Shown here: positions 60,489 through 64,000 of the stretch, one piece after another
Layout of the letters: every line of letters begins with the position of its first letter
How positions within the stretch are numbered: the stretch's first letter is position 1
Source of the DNA: an uncultured Gemmatimonadaceae bacterium
Lineage (GTDB): Bacteria > Gemmatimonadota > Gemmatimonadetes > Gemmatimonadales > Gemmatimonadaceae
Length of the DNA stretch: 64,000 nt
Assembly: GCA_963716745.1 (NCBI GenBank)
Contig: OY970320.1
Span: forward strand, 1,536,001-1,600,000
Reading direction: 5' to 3'
Notes under the pieces: generated by a model
The model's input: only the letters and a program-made list of their open reading frames with translations
What the model was told of the DNA's origin: nothing
Database searches by the model: none
Program-made: the position numbers and the translations under genes

Positions 60489-62054
60489 ATGAATCCCCAT
60501 CCATCGCGCGCTCCCAAGCTCGCACTCGTATTCGTGATCGCGTTCGCCGCGATCGCACAAACATGCCCGCCCGGCAGCGGCGGCGGCACGCCGCCACCTC
60601 CGGCGGTGACACCGATCGCGGTGGCCCCCGATCCATCCGATCCGGCGCCGACGCCGGCGCCCGCTGGAGCGCCGTTCATGTACACGCAGGTGCTCAAGTT
60701 CAAGATCCCCACGGGCACGATCTTCGAGGTCGCGGAGGAAGGCTGGCTTCTTCCTTCGAGCGGCACCGCCAACTGTGGCGACGATGGATGCTACACCGTG
60801 CTCTCGAGCGTGAACAATGGCGCGGGATCCACGACGTACGTGATCCAGGCGTGGCCGCAGGCGTACAAGCGATTCGCGAATCAGCTCGAATACGAGATCA
60901 CCAATGTCTCGGTGAATTCGGGATTCACTGGTGCGCAGCTGGCGAGCCCGGCCTATCGACAGATCATTCTCGCCGCTGTGCCGCCCGGGCTCGGCGGTAC
61001 GCCGCTTCCGTCTGGCGTACATGGTACGCCCGAGTGGGCGGCGAACAATGAACAGATCCCGTTGGCGTTCATCACCATCGGATTGAGCACCCTCCAGGAT
61101 GCGCAGGCGTACTACGCCGCGACCGGCGCCCCCGGCGACTTCACCACCTGGAAGACCAACAACGGATTCGCCGCGAACAATGACAGTAAAGACAATGCGA
61201 AGGCGTACTACTTCAACGCCGGTGACCTGGCGTTCGGGCGTAGCATGCACATGAAGCTCGGGCCCAACGGGATCGCGTACTACGTGTCGAACTATCCGAC
61301 CGTCAACAATGCGATCCGCAATACCAATCTCATTGCGACCGTCGCGATGGAGTACACGCCGGGGCCGAACGGTGCGGCGACATTCATGAAGTTCGCGGTC
61401 TATAAGTTCAATGGCACGCGTCAATTCTCCGCCGACCTGGATGGCAACGGACAGAAGTACGTGCCGAACCTGTGCATCATCTGCCACGGCCTGCGCAAAT
61501 ATCCCGGCACGGGTTCCGCCAATGTCGGCGCGCGATTCCTGCCGTTCGATCTCTCCAATTTCCAGTACGATCAGACGATCGGCCGCAACAGCCAGGAGGC
61601 GGCGTTCAAGCAACTGAATCTCGGCATGCTGCAGCACAGCAATCCGTCGGTGGCCATGACCGCGCTGATCAACGCATGGTACAACGATCCCTCGCAGGCG
61701 TCGCCGAATACCGCGACCGCTACCCAGAACAATGCCGCGGTGCCGGCGGACTGGACCGGCGGCACGCAGGCGCAAACGGACATGTATCTGAGAGTGGTGA
61801 AGCCGTCGTGCCGTTCTTGTCACATCACCCGCAATGGTGCGCTCGCTTTCGGGAAGCTGACCGATTTCACCTTGAACAACACGTACGGTTCGCTGTCCAA
61901 GCAGCGCGTGTGCTCCGACCTCTACATGCCGAACGCGAAGGTCACGTACGTGCGTTTCTGGTTGACGCACCTGCAGCAGTACGGCGATCCGGCCGGCGTG
62001 ATGAAGGCCGCGGGGCTGAACACGTGGAATGCGCAAACGGCGTGTCCCTCGTAG
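60489..62054 (+). CDS. Exported di-heme c-type cytochrome-like protein
   Basis: AGGAGG RBS; signal peptide; CIICH (61473-61487) and CRSCH (61809-61823); distal MP motif. Confidence 0.75.
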   Translation: MNPHPSRAPKLALVFVIAFAAIAQTCPPGSGGGTPPPPAVTPIAVAPDPSDPAPTPAPAGAPFMYTQVLKFKIPTGTIFEVAEEGWLLPSSGTANCGDDGCYTVLSSVNNGAGSTTYVIQAWPQAYKRFANQLEYEITNVSVNSGFTGAQLASPAYRQIILAAVPPGLGGTPLPSGVHGTPEWAANNEQIPLAFITIGLSTLQDAQAYYAATGAPGDFTTWKTNNGFAANNDSKDNAKAYYFNAGDLAFGRSMHMKLGPNGIAYYVSNYPTVNNAIRNTNLIATVAMEYTPGPNGAATFMKFAVYKFNGTRQFSADLDGNGQKYVPNLCIICHGLRKYPGTGSANVGARFLPFDLSNFQYDQTIGRNSQEAAFKQLNLGMLQHSNPSVAMTALINAWYNDPSQASPNTATATQNNAAVPADWTGGTQAQTDMYLRVVKPSCRSCHITRNGALAFGKLTDFTLNNTYGSLSKQRVCSDLYMPNAKVTYVRFWLTHLQQYGDPAGVMKAAGLNTWNAQTACPS

Positions 62055-62077
62055 CGGTGCGTGCCGGAGAAGATGCA

Positions 62078-62114
62078 CGAGCGGCCCGCCGGGATCTCTC
62101 CGGCGGGCCGCTCG
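62078..62114 (+). terminator. GC-rich hairpin after the cytochrome gene (terminator or mRNA stabiliser)
   Basis: CGAGCGGCCCGCCGG-GATCTCT-CCGGCGGGCCGCTCG, 15-bp stem, no U-tract. Confidence 0.6.
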
Positions 62115-62213
62115 CGCATCGGTATCTCGACCTTGCCGAGCCGGCCGGTGTAGCTTATTTCGGAGTTCGTGCATCGCGCGGGTCGCAAGTCTCACGAACG
62201 AGCGTACGTCAGC

Positions 62214-63482
62214 ATGACCAATCGTCTGAAGTCGCAGGCCATCGTAGCGCTGATCCTCGCGACGGCCGCGTGCAACGAGAGCTCGACCGCCGCGCCATTG
62301 CCGCCGACGTCCAGCAGGCCCCTCGGCACGCTGATCGGAACGGTGTCGGGCGATTCCTTCACGGCCACGTTCGTTCCGGCGTCGCCGGGCCTCACCTCGC
62401 CAAGCGGCATCAGCCCCGCGATCTACGGCGGCCCGAGCACCGCGCATGTCTTCGGCACCAATACCAGGTTCACGACCACGCCGCTCGGTCGCACATGGAC
62501 GTTCAGCGTGGCGATGGAGAATCTGCTGTCGTACGCCATCGGCTCGAATTACACGGGCGCGCTCCCCTTCGACACAGGAGGCGTGTTCATCTTTTTCACC
62601 ACCTTGCCCACGGTCACATCGCCGGTCCCGTGCAGCGGGTGCAAGGTGAGTCTCACCAACGCCATGGGAGCGCGGAATTTCACCGCGCCCGCGCAGCCGT
62701 ATTTCTGGTACCACAATCGGCCCACCGCGAGACAGAGCCCGCTCGGGTCGGATACGACATCGGATCTGAGCTGGACGTTCAAGACCGCGTCGTTCATCCC
62801 GCCCGACACGGTGCATTCCTTCACTTTCTCGCTCCAGGTGAGCGCCATGTGGCCTCCCCCGAACGAGAGCACGTGGCAGGTGAGCTACGACGGCACCGCC
62901 GACTCGGTGCCCGACACGAGAGCGGAGCCGCTTTGGCGGAAATTCAGCTTCCTGCAGAGCGTCGGAGCGGAGTCGTGGTCTTCGGCGGGGTTGCAGCTCA
63001 CCGCGCGGAATGCGCGCAACTCCATTTATTTCTCGCGGCGCGATTCGCTGGGCAACATGTCCGCCTACATGGACGTCAGGGCGAGCGTCGATCAAGGAAA
63101 CATCATCGTTCCCGCCGCGCTGTTCGGATTCGCCGAGCCGCTCGGGGGAAAGACGGCGGTTGTCGCGGTCACCGCCACTCGCGCCGAGTTCGCGGTGATC
63201 GACAATTCCACGGGAGTGTGGAGCCAGCTTGCGGGCTCGGGCACGACGAACGTCGTCGGCACCAACACCTACCGCCTGCGAAAGTTCGCGAAGGACTCGG
63301 TCGTGCTCTGCGTGGGCGGTGCTCGCGCGCTCTCAATGCCATACTCTTCGCTTCCCGGAACGGTCACGGTGCTCTTGCCCCTCAGTTCGTTGTTCGGCCT
63401 GCAAGGCACACAGGCCAGAGCGATCGCGACCTACCGTCTCGTGAACTACACCATTGGCAGCGACGGCGGCGGATGCAGCTGA
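62214..63482 (+). CDS. Hypothetical beta-rich lipoprotein
   Basis: Lipobox TAAC; Ser/Thr-rich, beta-strand pattern; CSGC. Confidence 0.75.
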   Translation: MTNRLKSQAIVALILATAACNESSTAAPLPPTSSRPLGTLIGTVSGDSFTATFVPASPGLTSPSGISPAIYGGPSTAHVFGTNTRFTTTPLGRTWTFSVAMENLLSYAIGSNYTGALPFDTGGVFIFFTTLPTVTSPVPCSGCKVSLTNAMGARNFTAPAQPYFWYHNRPTARQSPLGSDTTSDLSWTFKTASFIPPDTVHSFTFSLQVSAMWPPPNESTWQVSYDGTADSVPDTRAEPLWRKFSFLQSVGAESWSSAGLQLTARNARNSIYFSRRDSLGNMSAYMDVRASVDQGNIIVPAALFGFAEPLGGKTAVVAVTATRAEFAVIDNSTGVWSQLAGSGTTNVVGTNTYRLRKFAKDSVVLCVGGARALSMPYSSLPGTVTVLLPLSSLFGLQGTQARAIATYRLVNYTIGSDGGGCS

Positions 63483-63498
63483 GTGCCGCGGACGCCCT

Positions 63499-63960
63499 TC
63501 ATCGCACAAAGCGTTTGAGTTCGATGTGCCCTCCCCACTGCGTGAACGGACACGACGCCGCGATCCGCGCCGCGTCGGCATCGTCCGCCGCCCGAATGAT
63601 GAACATCCCGCCGAGCGGCCCCGGCCCACTGAGCCGGCCCGCGCGTTCGAACTTCCCCATCGTATCGAGACTGTCGGCCCAGTGCGCGAGCACTGCCACA
63701 CGTTCCGCGCCATGCCCCGCGGGCGCAGGGCGGTACGTCGAGTCTTCATAGAGCAGCACCACGTACGTTTGGCCGGGCGCGAGCGTACGCGCCGGACGGA
63801 CCAGCGTCACGCCAAAGGCCAAGACGATCACCGCGGCGGCCGCCGCCACCCACACCGGCCACACACGCCGGCGGCGCACGAGCCCCGCCGCGACGAGCGT
63901 CGACACGACGCGCTCTTCCAGCGCCGGGTCCGGCTGTGTTTCTCGTGGAAGATTCGTCAT
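63499..63960 (-). CDS. Putative anti-sigma factor: single TM followed by a YCII-like domain
   Basis: RRRR then TM; YVVLLY..., GGMFIIRAAD..A..IA..CP....GG.IELK; ATGA-coupled to the upstream sigma-like ORF. Confidence 0.7.
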   Translation of the reverse strand: MTNLPRETQPDPALEERVVSTLVAAGLVRRRRVWPVWVAAAAAVIVLAFGVTLVRPARTLAPGQTYVVLLYEDSTYRPAPAGHGAERVAVLAHWADSLDTMGKFERAGRLSGPGPLGGMFIIRAADDADAARIAASCPFTQWGGHIELKRFVR

Positions 63961-64000
63961 GGGAGCGAACTCCGGAGCAGGGATCGCGCGCGATTGAGCT
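63957..64000 (-). CDS. C-terminal fragment of a probable ECF sigma factor (truncated by the window)
   Basis: Minus strand reads xLNRARSLLRSSLP*, typical of the end of sigma region 4.2. Only 14 codons are visible. Confidence 0.5.
   Translation of the reverse strand, partial: LNRARSLLRSSLP

Overview
High-GC bacterial chromosomal segment, probably Gemmatimonadota (inferred from the tandem Ser/Thr kinase-TPR genes and general gene content, not from a marker gene). It holds about 57 genes, mostly housekeeping or envelope: ppa, acs, VKOR-DsbA, alpha carbonic anhydrase, M16/M28 peptidases, psuG, kynureninase-like, SulP, acnA, aguBA, a 3-keto-glycoside (DUF1080/GMC/Gfo) cluster and nupG. About 8 genes carry small frameshifts, most likely long-read indel errors. 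I saw no rRNA, tRNA, CRISPR array or transposase. Highlights: (1) A compact divergent 7-gene cluster (26267-32964) built around a serine-palmitoyltransferase-like enzyme. It also has a lipid kinase, PlsC-type acyltransferase, Tam41-like nucleotidyltransferase, CDP-alcohol phosphotransferase, TDH-like Zn dehydrogenase and a Lys-less acetoacetate-decarboxylase-fold protein. This is a candidate non-canonical sphingolipid/aminolipid pathway. (2) At least 11 long intergenic hairpins in about 6 sequence families, mostly built from 7-, 9-, 14- or 21-nt units. Most start with the same AACT(A/G)C hexamer at or just after a stop codon, suggesting one REP-like system. (3) A probable selenocysteine peroxiredoxin with an in-frame TGA at the catalytic position and a SECIS-like hairpin. 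(4) A degenerate SpeD-like protein, a patatin-ferredoxin fusion, an exported di-heme protein, and an ECF sigma factor paired with a TM-YCII protein.
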